From assembly GCA_036630325.1 (NCBI GenBank), contig CP142726.1:682001-746000 (forward strand): a stretch of 64,000 nucleotides of DNA, given 5' to 3'. Numbering within the stretch: the stretch's first letter is position 1; each line of letters begins with the position of its first letter. Shown piece by piece: positions 1 through 13,385 of the stretch. The position numbers were made by a program, and so were the translations under genes. This DNA is from Vairimorpha necatrix. Its lineage: Eukaryota. Under the pieces are notes generated by a model. That model made no database searches and was not told the origin of the DNA. It saw nothing but the letters and a program-made list of their open reading frames with translations.

Positions 1-27
1 AAAAAATATTTTATTTTGAAATTCTGT

Positions 28-696
28 CTAAACTTTAAAATTTTCCTTTTTATAATATTTATCAAAAACGTCCATATCTTCTAACTTCAATTTTTGTATC
101 GAAACTAAATATTTTTTAGAATCAATATCTCCCAAAAAAATTATTTCGATATTAAACATTTTCATAAACCATTGGTAGACTAAATATTCATAATAAAATT
201 CATCAAATTCATCAAAATTTATGGTTTTTAGCTGAGAATTCGGAATTTTTGGATCTTCAATATGTAGTTCTTTTAAATGTAAACGTGCAAAGTTTTTCAC
301 AACAGAAAAAATTTTGCTTAAACATTTAGTTTTATTGTATTTCTTATCTTGGATGATACAATTGCCAATATTCATTAACAAAATGTATCTTAAATCTTTA
401 TGAAGTGATGGGGTTGTATAAAAACATAGTCCATAATTATGAATATAATTAAAAAGTTCTTCTAAATGACTTGATTTAAGATGATTTTGCTTTATTCTAA
501 GTGTTTCAAAGTCCAATAACCTTGATATATCACTTTTAACGTGCCTGTTACGATGTCTTAATTTCACCCCCTCCTTTGTTTTATCTAACTGGTCATTCTT
601 CAATAAAGAAGTACTCTTATTTATACCACGATTTGACAATACTTAATTCGAACTTCCGTAAACACAAGCATTAATCAAAATTTCTAAAAAAATCAT
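28..696 (-). pseudogene. Family-1 secreted-protein paralogue with premature stop
   Basis: CCC-preceded ATG at 696 gives MIFLEILINACVYGSSN*, with an in-frame TAA at codon 18. The 203-aa ORF 28..639 then continues in frame and is clearly homologous to 2698..3363. Confidence 0.8.
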
Positions 697-1989
697 GGGT
701 GCAAAAAAAAATATTATTTATATTAAAAAAAATCCATTAATTAATTTTTGTTAATAAAAATTTTTATAGCATTTGGATTTAATGAAAATACAAATATAAT
801 CATTATAAATGATATGTCAAATTTCTCAATTTCCTTGCATTTGTTTGACATGGCATGGAAGTCAATTTACAATAAAACTCATGCTCGATCATAATAACTA
901 AATATTGACTTAAGCATAATTAAATTAGTTAAAGAGATTTATATATCCTTTTATTTATTATAAATACAGAAATGGACAAAAATGATTTTTTAATTTTTCG
1001 AAAAAAGAAATATATGTTTTACAAAAAAGGAGAAAATGCCGGAGAAAAATATTCCATAAAAAATTTTAGATGTACATATATAAAATAATATATGTAATAG
1101 GTTATTGTATTTAAGTCCAAAAAGATATTCTTAACTCAAAAAAAATTATCTTTACAATAATTTAATGAATTGCTTTCTGAGCTAATATAGAAAAAACTCA
1201 ACAGAAATATGGTATCATCATAAGCAGGGAGTTGTGATTTTTTGTTTTTACATAATAAATTTGGATGCGCTTTAGGCTCAATATCAATGTAAAAAGAGCT
1301 AGTTAATGGAGGTTACGAAATAGGCATATATATTATAAAGCGTAATTATATAAGACTGAAATAAAAATGACATATTATTTTTTGTTAAAAAAATAAATAA
1401 GCTCTAAACTTGTATTAATATTAAAAATTTGGTTTTCTTGAAAAATCTTTGAAATAACAAAAATTATTAGATAAACAAAGTCCTTGCGTTGATAAAAAAG
1501 ATCCAAGATAATTAGTAGTGGTTTTTTTAAAAAAATGTTATTGTGGTATATTTTTTCATAACTTTTTGACAGTTAATTTCTTTTTAAGTGTTGAAAAAAT
1601 GGGAGCATGCAGTCTAGTTGGGCAATAGTATCGTATTAAGTTACATGCAAAATAGATTTATCAAGTTTATGTAGTATGGGCATACAATAGTCATTGCAAA
1701 ATAAGCCTATGAGATGTTTTATTAATGAAAAGTGATATTTTTAACAGGATTGTTCAAAAAGCAAAATTGAAGATGCTACAATTTAATGTAAAGATTTATG
1801 ACATCTTTATTGATCATATATCGTGCATATGAGCACGAAATTTTATATTTGAAGATATATAAAACGGCATTTTTTCACAAAATTTTGTTATTCAGACACA
1901 GAATTACATTTTTCACATAAGTTTATCATAAAGATTGGGGCGATATTGGCATTTTTACAGATTCTTGATCAAAAAATGTGTTAAAAAAA

Positions 1990-2510
1990 ATAAAAAGCCG
2001 ATGCCATGATTTAATTAATCCAAACAATAACAACTATGATTTATTAAATTGCATATGTGACGTATACCTTGAAGTAATAAAATAAAATAAGATCTTGAGG
2101 AGAACTTTAAACTTCGTAAAGCTTTATGAATAACATACAAAGGAAATACACTTATTTAGCCTTCAAATAAAATGAAATAATATATGGGTCTAATAAGTTA
2201 AGAAAGTATAATGTTCTCGCGAACGAACTGGGTCTAATATACTGTTTAAAAGCAGAAATAATTTCCTACGTAATCACTTGGGACGGTATAGTGACTAAGT
2301 TTCACAAAACTTATGACAAAAGACTTAAAATCCCTAATAAGGTAGAAGCGTACATTTAGATGATCATGCTAAAGAAGACGCTAGAAAGCATTTCTCTGGA
2401 CTACAGAAGGAGCGGAGACGAAGCCGATGTGAAAAGGACTATGGAGACAAGAAGCCACATACAAGCAGGAGACGCTAACGCGGAACCTATCCTTGTTATA
2501 CTAAAAATAT
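1990..2510 (+). mobile_element. Degenerate 3' remnant of an RLE-type non-LTR retrotransposon
   Basis: Partial translation ITWDGIVTKFHK..LKIPNKVEAYI*MIMLKKTLESIS matches the C-terminus of the element at 8578..8961. Stops and frameshifts are present; boundaries approximate. Confidence 0.7.
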
Positions 2511-2697
2511 AAATTACAATAAGCATACCCTAATTTAATCAATTTATTTTGAATATTTGTGGATTAATTTGATAATTCACATGAATACAGCTAAAATAAA
2601 TTTTCACTACATAAATTGTTGTTCTTTAAAAATTTACTTATAAGTCATACTTCTTAATAATATAAATTTATTTAAAATATTTTATTTTGATAAAACT

Positions 2698-3363
2698 TTA
2701 GTGCGTTTCTTTAAAATATCTATCAAAAACATCCATATCATCTAATTTCAATTCATGTATTGAAAAATCATATGTTTCAGATTTAGGCATAGTCTCTATC
2801 AAATATATTATTTTAATATTAAACATATTCATAAACCATTTATAGACTCTGTATTCATAATAAGAGTCATCAAATTCATTGAAATTAATTGTTTTTTGTA
2901 GAAAATTAGAAATTTTTGGATTTTTGATATGTAGTTCTTTTAAATGTAAACGTGCAAAGTTTCTCACAACAAGAATTATTTCGCTTAGACATTGGCTTTG
3001 ATTGTATTCTTTATCCTCAATGATGCTATTAGCAATATTCATCAATAATATAGATCTCATAACTTTATGTAGTGAAGAGATTGGATGATTATTAAGTCTA
3101 ATTTTATATATATAATTAAATAGATCTTTTAAATGACTTGATTTAATATGACTTTGTTTTATATTAAGTGTTTCAAAATCCAATATCTTTGATATGTTAT
3201 TTTTAACACCCCTATTATGACGTCTCAATACCACATTTTCCTTTGTTTTATCAAATCGATCATGCCTTAATAATGATGAATTCTCATCTATACTACTAGT
3301 TGCCCCTATACTATCAAAACTTTCATAAACACAAACATTGAATAAAAATTCTAAAAAATACAT
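2698..3363 (-). CDS. Family-1 lineage-specific secreted protein (221 aa)
   Basis: Intact ORF with CCCC immediately before the ATG and a hydrophobic N-terminus. Motifs IKQSH..SSHL, NFARLHLK, YEY.VY.WFM are shared with three paralogues. Confidence 0.85.
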   Translation of the reverse strand: MYFLEFLFNVCVYESFDSIGATSSIDENSSLLRHDRFDKTKENVVLRRHNRGVKNNISKILDFETLNIKQSHIKSSHLKDLFNYIYKIRLNNHPISSLHKVMRSILLMNIANSIIEDKEYNQSQCLSEIILVVRNFARLHLKELHIKNPKISNFLQKTINFNEFDDSYYEYRVYKWFMNMFNIKIIYLIETMPKSETYDFSIHELKLDDMDVFDRYFKETH

Positions 3364-5182
3364 GGGGTCGAAAAAAAAATATTTTTTAATGTTAAAATTT
3401 AATTACTGATTTAAGTTTTATGTTAAACATAAAAATTAAAAATTGTGTTTTATAAAATAAAGTAGAGACGATTTATAGAATAAATGTCAAATATGTCGAC
3501 ATCGTTTTTAATAAATTTGACACGGCATGGAGGAATGAAATAATTTACACTATAAATTACTTTCCATATTTAAATTGCTATTTGTTTACTTAAACCTTTT
3601 TTTATTACAAGGCTGTAGAATGTTTTAATTTTTTTCATAAAAAAGCAGATAAAAGAGTTAAAAAACTTCTTAATAAAAATTTATTTGTTTTACCAAAAAT
3701 AAAAAAATTCAATAATATTCTTTTTAACCTAAAAGGTCATGAGTAATACTATTGTTGAATTTGATTTGTATCAAAACACGCTAACTTCTACAAATAAATC
3801 TTTTATAAGTATTATATTTTCGAAAAATTCGATATTCAAATTTGACATATGTTATGAATTATGAAATTCCTCGCATTACTGGTCCTATGTTTGGCCACAA
3901 TTTTCCTTTGTACTTTATGTTTTCTCACATAATTAAAAGAAATAATCTTCAAAGTCCTTTCCAAAGTTATAAATCGAAATAAGTCACAATTTGGTTAAGT
4001 ATGCTAACTTTTAGGATCTAATTTAATTTATTACGTTTATATGCAAAATCGTTTTGAGAAATTATTAGGGAAATATCTAACAACATTACGATATGGTAAA
4101 ACTGGAGTCAAGAGACATTCGTAGTCATTAATTTGATGTGGACGCTAGAAGCCTTTAAAATTATGTAAAAGCCTAATTTGAAAGTATTGGCCGGAACTAG
4201 CAGGCATACAAATAGCATAATTTCATTGTACGTATTTTATATTAAATTATTATTTCGTATTATACTATAGAATTTATTGGCATCTGAACATGCATTTTAT
4301 AGTATAAAACAATTTTTATGTTAAAACATTTAAAATAATGATAGTTTTGGGCAAACAGTGTTCTTTCCTAGGAGATAATATCTGTATACCTATATTCAAA
4401 ACTTAAATACACTAAGAGACTTTTATTATTAGTAAGTAAAAATCCCAAAATTTTATTACATGGCTATGCGTTACAAATGATACAAACGTGTATCTTATGG
4501 CACGGTAATAACTTAAGTAATTGTTAGTGTTATAAGAGTGAAGATGTTTTTAATAGTATCACTGATGCAATTAGTATCAGGAAAAGACTTTATTTAACTT
4601 ATTTATAAAGCACATTTAATATACTAAAAAAATTCTATAGAATATTCTAACACATAAAAGGAACGAGTTAAAGCCCGATGTTTGGGTAGATTGACCTTTT
4701 TTATGTTTTTAAAAAGTATATTAGATATAATCTATAGAATATGAAGAATAGTATTGAATATGAGGAAATCATATTCGACATTCACGTAACTTGACTGCGA
4801 AGATTTAGTCAATATGACAATATTACAGATTTATATTTGAGAAGTTTTTATAAGTTAATTAGCATTATCGTCAAAATTTATTAGAAGATTAATAAAATCG
4901 CAAATAAAAATTCTTAAAACAAAAACGGGGAATTATAGCGATAATATGTAATATTTTTTCATTGCATTCTTAAGAGTAGCTTTTTAATTCAGTTAGACTA
5001 TAAGTAGCAAAAAAAAAGAAATATAAATTGTTTAACTCTGAAAAATATAAACTTCATATATATTTTTTATCAATTTTATGACATTAGATCCATCGTTACA
5101 CAGACCAGATAAAATAATAAAATATCATTTATTAAATAAATGTCATATTATATAAAATTTTAATTCAAAAATAATTGATTTT

Positions 5183-5925
5183 TTATTTTTGTGGATCATC
5201 AATCAAAGTTTTTTTTTCTTGTTCCTCAATATAATATTTATCAAGAACATTCAAATCTTCTAACCTCAATTTATACACCAAAAAATCAATTTTGTTAGAT
5301 TTAGATACTGTTTTATAATTATATTCAGGTGGTAGCCCGAGTTCTGGTTTACTTATAGTCTCTCCTAAATAAATCTTTTTAATATTGAACTTTCTCATAT
5401 ACCACCAGTATATTTTATATTCATGGTAATCATAATCATCTTTCTTGAAATTTTTCGTTGCTATAATGGAATTCGAAATTTTTGGGTCCTTGCGATGTAG
5501 TACCTTAAAATGCAGTCTTGCAAATAAATAGACAATATTGAATATTTTGCTTTCACACTCGGTTTCATTGTATTCTTTATCCGCAATAAGCAGCTGGGAA
5601 ATCTGCATTAAAAACATCCACCTCATTTTTTTTTTTACAGGTTTAATTTTGAAAGAAGAATTGTAATCATAAAAATAACTAAATAGCGTTTGTAAATGGC
5701 TTGGTTCAAATGACTTAGTTTTATTCTAAATTCTTCCCGATCTACTATATTTAGTATTTCTTTTGCGTCTTTTCTATTATGTTGTCTTAATGTGACCTCG
5801 TTTGTGGTTTCAACATCTTTTATATTCTCAAATACTTCTATTTCCTCGGTTATTTCCCCACTCGTCTCATCTTTATCTGTAATGCTGTAAACACAATGTA
5901 TATAAAAAAAATATAAAATCTCCAT
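5183..5925 (-). pseudogene. Family-1 paralogue, frameshifted
   Basis: ORF 5635..5925 (CCCC-ATG, signal-like N-terminus, IKLSHL) and ORF 5183..5626 (FARLHFK, YHEYKIYWWYM) are the two halves of one family-1 gene in different frames. A T-homopolymer lies near the junction, so a sequencing error is possible. Confidence 0.75.
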
Positions 5926-7854
5926 GGGGTTGTTTCATTATTTTTTTTTAAATTTAAAATCAATTTACCAAAAATATATTTTTCATGACTAACACAAATA
6001 TGTAAAAAAATATAAAATTTCATTACAGCGCCACAAAATAACGTGTTATATTAAAATGCAATAATCAATAGTTTTTAGCATATTATATTGACAGAATTGC
6101 ATATATAATAGCATATAAAACTCCTTTATAGTTGATTTAATTTTCCCCTTAAATGATGGATATAAAATGGTAATTACAAAAAGGGAAATTTTTCTATAAT
6201 GGTGTCCATTTTACTTTTATAGTTGATATTAAAAAATTTTACAATACTTATAAATGCTTAAATTCATATTAAACTTAATTATATATAAATAATAAATTGC
6301 ACATTTATATGCAATAGGTGTAAAAAATGAACAGTTCTCTTATAGTATTTATGTATAAGTTAGTCTTATCTTAATTATATGATTAATTACGTACCCGTAT
6401 GATCATCTTTAGTTTTATTAATAAGGCACATTTGGAATCAGTGGCCGAAGAACTGAATATGCCGAATTTAATGTTATCTTGTTTATTTAATTCATATTTT
6501 TTACCCGGCGGAATATATATTTAAAATGTAAAAAATATTTAAGCTAGTTTTCTAGAACTTTGTTCAAAAAAAATTGTGAAAAAGAATAATTGTTTGCATG
6601 CTTTATTAGATTACTATTTAATAATGTCTTACACTTGTCATCTTTAATTTAAGGAAAAAATTTTGTTTCTTAGATGTGATTTTTAGAAAAACTAGAAAGT
6701 TTGAGATTTTATATTATACAGGAAGTGCAAATTGCTTAAACAAAACGAGTGATAATGATATTCTAAATATCATAAAAATTTAGAAAAATTGATACTTTAA
6801 AATGTAAAGGTTACCCCTTAATAATTATTTATTTTACCCTATAGGGGTTCGTGATGAACATAAAGTGTAACAAAAGAAATATTTAAAACACATTTCTGAG
6901 TGGTGGATGCCAAAGTGATATATCTAACTTATTTTATCTCCTAAACAAACTTTAAAAAAATTACAAAGTGCACACTATAATATTTTACAGCCCAACCATT
7001 TATATACTTGCTATGTACATGTTTTTTGCAAGACCAATTCGGAATAATGTATGACAGTAATACACAATTGTATTTGAGCTTATATTTGCAATGTAAATAG
7101 TTTTACAAAAAATCGTAAGCAGCTCTATAAATAGATCAATATACCCTTATGTACATACCCAATTTGAACATTTAAGCACTAGCTAAAACATCTGGAATTG
7201 TAAATTAATTCTATGCAACATAGGAAATTAATTTAATTTTAGTTATATTTAGATAAAAAATATTAAATGTAATTCAGTTGACTAGATGTTTTTTAAGCAG
7301 AGTAAAATGAGTTTCACACTAGACATAGTACTTTTTTTTATTCCTTGTGAATATATAAAAATTATTTTTTTTTAGTATAAAATAGCTCATAATGATTAAA
7401 AATTTTAGATTATTCGATATGCATATCATTACATTGTTTAATATAGCCAAAATTAATATAATCTATGGACATATTTGGATTTTGTCAAAAATTAGTGGCA
7501 GTTATTAAAAATCATGTATGAAATTTATTTTTATTGTTGACACATTCGCAAATACATCTTCTTGCCCAAAAGCCGATCTTAGATAATTTTCCTAAAATTA
7601 AAAAGGATGAAAGATTATGCGTATATTAGAAATTCAATTAAATACTTTAGGAGTATGGAAGGAAATCCCCCTCCCCGCCATTGCAATAGTAGTATGCATC
7701 AATTAAATATTAAATGTGCAAACTGGGATGTACAACGTAAGAATATGTAAATAGCTGTAGATCTAAAAACATTTGTGATCGAGCTTATTTATCCGACCTT
7801 ACATAAATACCAATAAATAGATTAACAAATACTAGTATACTTTTTTGATTAAGA

Positions 7855-8990
7855 AAGATTATATCTCTCCAGAGCCGGACTTGGAAGAGGGCTCCAATGC
7901 GTAGAACATAAAAGTGAAAGAATGCTTTTACAACTAGCCAAAGAATTTGAAAGCACGAAAGAATCTGTTCTAAGACGCAAAGCGATTTTCCACTCCGAGA
8001 AAACTGGCTACACATATCTATCCACCATAGAATGATATATAAAAGAGAAATATAAACTTAAGGAAAACGTAACAGCTAAAATATTAATAGAGGCTCAAAC
8101 CGAATCTCTTTATAGCGATATAAAAATAAAAACAAACCATTCAAAGCTATTTAGACCAAGAGACGATCCACTTATTGATATAAAACAGGCTGCCACGTGG
8201 CTCACAAAAGGAAATATAAGCCCGAGAGAGGAAGGCAATTTATGTGCATTACAGGACCGAAATATTTTCTTAGAGAAATAGATAAAATGCCCACACTGCC
8301 ATGAATATGCAAAGACAGTAGATCATATGGCCACCCAATGTGATCGTATGCTTTCACATGATTACATGAGGCGGCACAATGAGGCACTGCGATGCATCCA
8401 CCTGCAGTTGTGTAAGACGTATGGTCTATCCCATGCCAAAAGAATTAGAAATCATTCAGTCCAGGAATGTGTAGCTAATGAGTATGTTGAGATACGAGTC
8501 GACAGTAGGATACATTCAAGTATTAAAATAAAGTATAACAAGCCTGATATACTAATTGCAGACAAGTTAGGAAAGAAGTGATCGTTGTAGAAGTTGGAAT
8601 CACAAGTTTTAACAACATCCATGCAGTAGAAACAGAAAAGAAACATAAATACGACTTGCTCGCAAATCATGTGGCTTCTCTCTACAAATACAAGCCGAAA
8701 ATTATTCCTTATGTGATGACGTGGGATGGAATAGTAACTAATTTTCACCGTACGCATATCAAAGTGCTCAAATTAGAACCCAGAACGGAAGCATATATAC
8801 AGTCGAGAGTCCTTAAAATGACTTTAGAAAGCCTAACTATGTCAGCTAGGCATGGGCTTGATACAGATCAGGAAGGGGCCTTCGAGAGCCCAATGAGTGA
8901 ATCTCAGAAGGAAGTCCTGGAACTGCCAGATGAGACTGTAAGCGTATCTTGTGAAAAGTAATTAAAAAGCCAAATAACATACTCAAATAA
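7855..8990 (+). mobile_element. 5'-truncated, frameshifted non-LTR retrotransposon with restriction-like endonuclease (R4/Dong/NeSL-type)
   Basis: ERLYLSRAGLGRGL post-RT motif, CCHC finger CPHC..TVDHMATQC, RHNE, KPDIL, VVEVG and KKHKY RLE motifs across several frames. Confidence 0.85.
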
Positions 8991-9398
8991 ATTATATACT
9001 ACTTTTTTGATTCGATTTAATTGGGGCCATTATAAAACACATGTTTAATTTTGGCATGATAATCTTTAGATAAAATTTATCTAAGTAAACATGCTTTATT
9101 ATCAAGTACTTGTCAAAAATCACGTCTACAAAAAAATTTTAATTATCAGATGATGTAAATTATCGTAAGGTCATAACACATAAAACAACTAAGTTTGCCT
9201 GGAAATTTTTATAAAGAATGATTACTTCATGTCTTGTTTAAAAGCCAATGAAATCTTTTTGAAAATATATATACAAATATGCTGTATATAATCAAAAGGG
9301 AAAGATCCGACATTCACATTGTTGATATTTTTATATTTTTATTACCCCAATTTTTAAGATGAGTAAAGAAGTGGAGGAGAAGAATCTCATAAATAAAA

Positions 9399-9409
9399 TG
9401 GTGGAGAAT
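9399..9409 (+). promoter_or_regulatory. Primer-binding site of element D (tRNA-Ala-like)
   Basis: TGGTGGAGAAT directly after the 5' LTR; complementary to a eukaryotic tRNA-Ala-type 3' end (..AUUCUCCACCA) as recalled. Confidence 0.7.
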
Positions 9410-12400
9410 ATGAAAACAAAGCCAGTTGAAACTACCATCAAAAAGGAAAATTTGATGAGTGAATGTAGAAGGTTAGAAAATATGACCTTCTTCAGAGAAA
9501 TGTGCGATGAGAGGAAAATCGAATATTTGATTGGAAGAGCTGACTACTTTATAGTAGATTGGCACCATGAGTTGATGGACACTAAAAGGAGGTGTTCGTT
9601 GGATTACGAAAAATGGAAAGAGTTGGCTAGAACCGAATTTGAAAAGAAAAGGCTTACTATAGGGGAGTTATATCGCATGGTACAACAAGATGAAGAAACT
9701 ATACCAACGTTTATAGAAAGAGTTAGAGATTCGGCCAGAGAGTATAAACTTGCAAAAAAGGAAATCATTGATATAATTACAGCTGGACTATAAACAGGAA
9801 TGGGCGATGTAAAAAGATTTTTATTGGCAAATAGTGATATTACAGATGAAAATCTAGAGACAATCAAGAAATTGGAAAGTGAGTGTACAGCTGAATTACA
9901 CCGAATTAATGATTTAAAATTGATGATTGAAAAAATTGATACTCTTAAACTTCAGAACAAGAAAACAGTTAAATGTTACAACTGTAATAGCTTAGGCCAT
10001 TATGCTAGAGATTGTCGAAAGCCAAAGAGAAGTAATAATCTTAGGAGAAACATTAATGAAATTACTGAAGAACTTAGAGATTTATTAAATAAAGAAAATT
10101 CAGTTTACATTTGTGGAGAGAAGGTTCCAGTATTGTTTTATACAGGTGCAAATTATAATTTTATAAGTAGTGCTAGTGTAGCAAGATTCAACCTTTTAAC
10201 ACATAATAACACAAGGAAATTAAGATTTTGGACATGTTTGGAAGAATCATTTGTGATAAAAAGACATGTTATATTAAATTATACATATAAAGGACATTTA
10301 TATAGATCAAAGTTTTATATATTGCCAAAAGTACGAACTGAAAAAATCCTATTTGGTAGAGAAACATTAATTAGACTTAATAATATTGAGAAACTGTGTT
10401 ATACATGTGAAATCAAAACACCTGAAGGCTCAAAAGTGATCGAAAAGATATATAATTTACCAAAGAAATTGGAAGTAGGAATTGAAATTGCTATTAATAA
10501 ATTATTAGAAAAGGGATATATACAAAACTCAAAATCAACGTGGGTTAGTAATTTGAGACCCGTGATAAAGCCAGATGGCACTGTAAGGGTTACAACCAAT
10601 TTAATAGCACTTAATAGGTTGGTAGAACAGGATAATTATTCTTTACCAAGAATAGATGAAATCCTTTGTAATTTAAGAGACATGACAGTATTTTCTAAAT
10701 TGGATTTGAAGGATGGATTTTTTCAAATTCCTTTGGCACCGAAAGATAGATATAAAACGGCATTCAGATATAAACATAAATTATATGAGTGGAAAGTAAT
10801 GCCACAGGGGTTTAAGAATGCTCCAGCAATATTTCAACGAAAAATGGATAAAGTTTTGAGAGATGAAATTGGTAAAAGTTGTTTCTGCTACGTAGATGAT
10901 ATTCTAATATTTGGAAAAACTGCAAAAGAGCATGACGAATCATATAATAGAATTCGAAAACTTTTACTAGAAAATGGTCTCAAAATCAATAAGGAAAAGT
11001 GTGTATTTAGACAATCCGAAGTTCTATTCCTGGGATACAAAATTAAACACAACATCATTATTCCGCTCATAGATAAGATGCAAGCTATTGAGGATTTAAA
11101 ACCACCTAAGGACAAAAAACAGGTTCAAGAAATTTTAGGTGCCATAAACTATTATAGAAAATTCATTAAAAACTGTTCAATTGTATGTGGTCCTTTGTAT
11201 GAATTATTGAAAAATAAGAAAGAATTCAAATGGACGAATATAGAAGAGAACGCTTTTAAAGAAGTTAAAAGAATTTTTATTAAAACGGTAGGACTATTTC
11301 AGCCAGATTGGTCAAAAGAATTTAAACTAGAGACCGACGCTTCAAATGAAGGTATAGCTGCAATACTCTCGCAAAATTTTGATGGAGATGAAAAACCAAT
11401 TGCATTTGCATCGAGAAGGTTATTAGAACATGAGATTAAATATAGTATCAGCGAAAAGGAATGTCTGGCCATGTTATGGGCAATGGAACACTTTCGATAT
11501 TTTTTATACGGTACACATTTTGAAATTATCACAGATCATAAAGCGTTAGAAGCATAAAATAAGGGTCAAATTAAGTCTCTGAGAATACAAAGATGGCTAG
11601 ATAGAATGTCATTGTTTAATTTTAGAATTAGGTATAGACGAGGTAAAGAAATTCCTCACGTGGATTGCCTAAGTCGAAATTCTGGATTGGCAACAAACGA
11701 CGCGAGATTAAATTTACACGAAGGATCGATAAATTAATGTGAAGAAATAGACGAAAAGAAAATGCTTCAGATGATTCGAGAAATTCATAATGAGTTACTT
11801 CACCGTGGGATACAATCAGTAAAATATGAGATGTTTAAAAGAGGTATTAATATAAAAAATTCACAAAAATTGATTAGAAAAATTATAGATTCGTGTGAAA
11901 CATGCAACGAGTACAATTCTAAAAAATCTAAACAACACATATTTGTTACCTCGTATGCAAAGGGAGAAAAAATTGCTATAGATATAATAGGTCCAATAAA
12001 CACACAATACATTATAACCGGGATTGATTATTTTACGAGAAAAGGATTTGCTAAAGTGATAAATAAGAGAAAAGATGAAAATGTGGTTAACTTTCTAAAA
12101 GAAATAAGTTCATCTATGCCTTTGAAGATATTGATCCTGGATCAATCGAAAGAAAATCTCAGTAGTAAGGTAAAAATGTTTTGCCAAGCAAATAAAATAG
12201 AATTACATTATACCACACCTTTCCATCACCAGTCAAATGGGCGTGTAGAAAGGTTTAATCGTACTTTACAAGATTTAATTTATAAAAATAAAAAGGAAAA
12301 ATTACTTACTGAAAAGGTTAACAGAGGAATAGAGATATACAATAATAGCTATCATTCGGCTACGAGGATGACGCCAAATGAAGCTTTCTTGTTAGAAAAT

Positions 12401-12595
12401 ACGGATGAATTAAAAAATGCACAAATTAAGAATATTGTTGCATATAATACAGCCCAAATGAGGAAACCAAAAGAAATTAAATTAAATATGGGCGATATAG
12501 TAATTATCAAAGAAGAAGGAATAATAAAGAAGGGACAACCTAGATTTAAATTAAGGGGTAAAATTCATGAATGTTTAGAGGGCAATACGTACATG

Positions 12596-13385
12596 TGTCG
12601 TAACCTCGGGTGAGGTGTCCGAAACGAAGTTGTTGTTCTATGAATGAACAAATAAAGGGTTTTGTTTTAATTAAGTGTTTATTTTTATGATCTCTCTGTG
12701 GAGTCATGTTTACTTGTTGTCTCTCTGAGCTATTATATCTTTGCATCTTTTTGTGTGCCCTTCTTTTCATATTTTTTATTTATAGAAAACTAGCGTATGC
12801 TTTCCCGTTTTGAAAACGGGATTTACATGTTTTGTTTTATAATATGTACCTCCTTTATCTTTTTTGTTTATTTCCATTTTGGGATGAATGAATTTGAAAA
12901 GGAGAAAACATGATTTTGAAAAAAACTTTTTAGTAACATATAAAGAGTAATGTTCCTTTAAAACATTTAATAACTTCAATGAGATAATTTTGGGACCTAC
13001 TAAGCTCAATTTTTGACACTTATATTCAACTTTTTCTTTGGTTAATATTTTTGTGAATTTTTTCTAGAAGGGTTAAATAAATTCTAAAAAACGATTCTGA
13101 CGATATTTTGGAACTGAGTTTTACAAAACAAAGAATTAAAAACAAAAAAGTATTAACATACAGTACACGCACATATGATGGTCAAAATCCTTCAGTGAGT
13201 TTAAATTTGATATTACAATAACACAATAAGCTATAATAAGAAGTTTAGATTTTACAAAACCATAAAAAATAGGGGTAAAAAATTAAATAAAATTCTTTTA
13301 TATATATGATATTTTCTAAAAATTCACTTTTTCTAAAAATTAAAAAATATGAAAAATTTAAGAAATAATTGTGGTGGATACCACA
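12596..13385 (-). mobile_element. 790-bp solo LTR inserted in the integrase of element D
   Basis: TG...CA ends with TSD ACATG (12591-12595 and 13386-13390). Removing it restores the integrase frame. Orientation is inferred from the ORF that runs off its end (12770 leftwards). Confidence 0.8.

Noticed and set aside
9791-9793. Programmed gag-pol stop readthrough in element D
   Set aside because: The stop lies upstream of the knuckle, and two more in-frame stops plus a dead protease site indicate decay.
13371-13385. GTGGTGGATACCACA shared by the solo-LTR end and the repeats at about 48243 and 59675
   Set aside because: Similarity does not extend. The other two sit within a conserved reading frame (FLSGGYH), so the link is unsupported.
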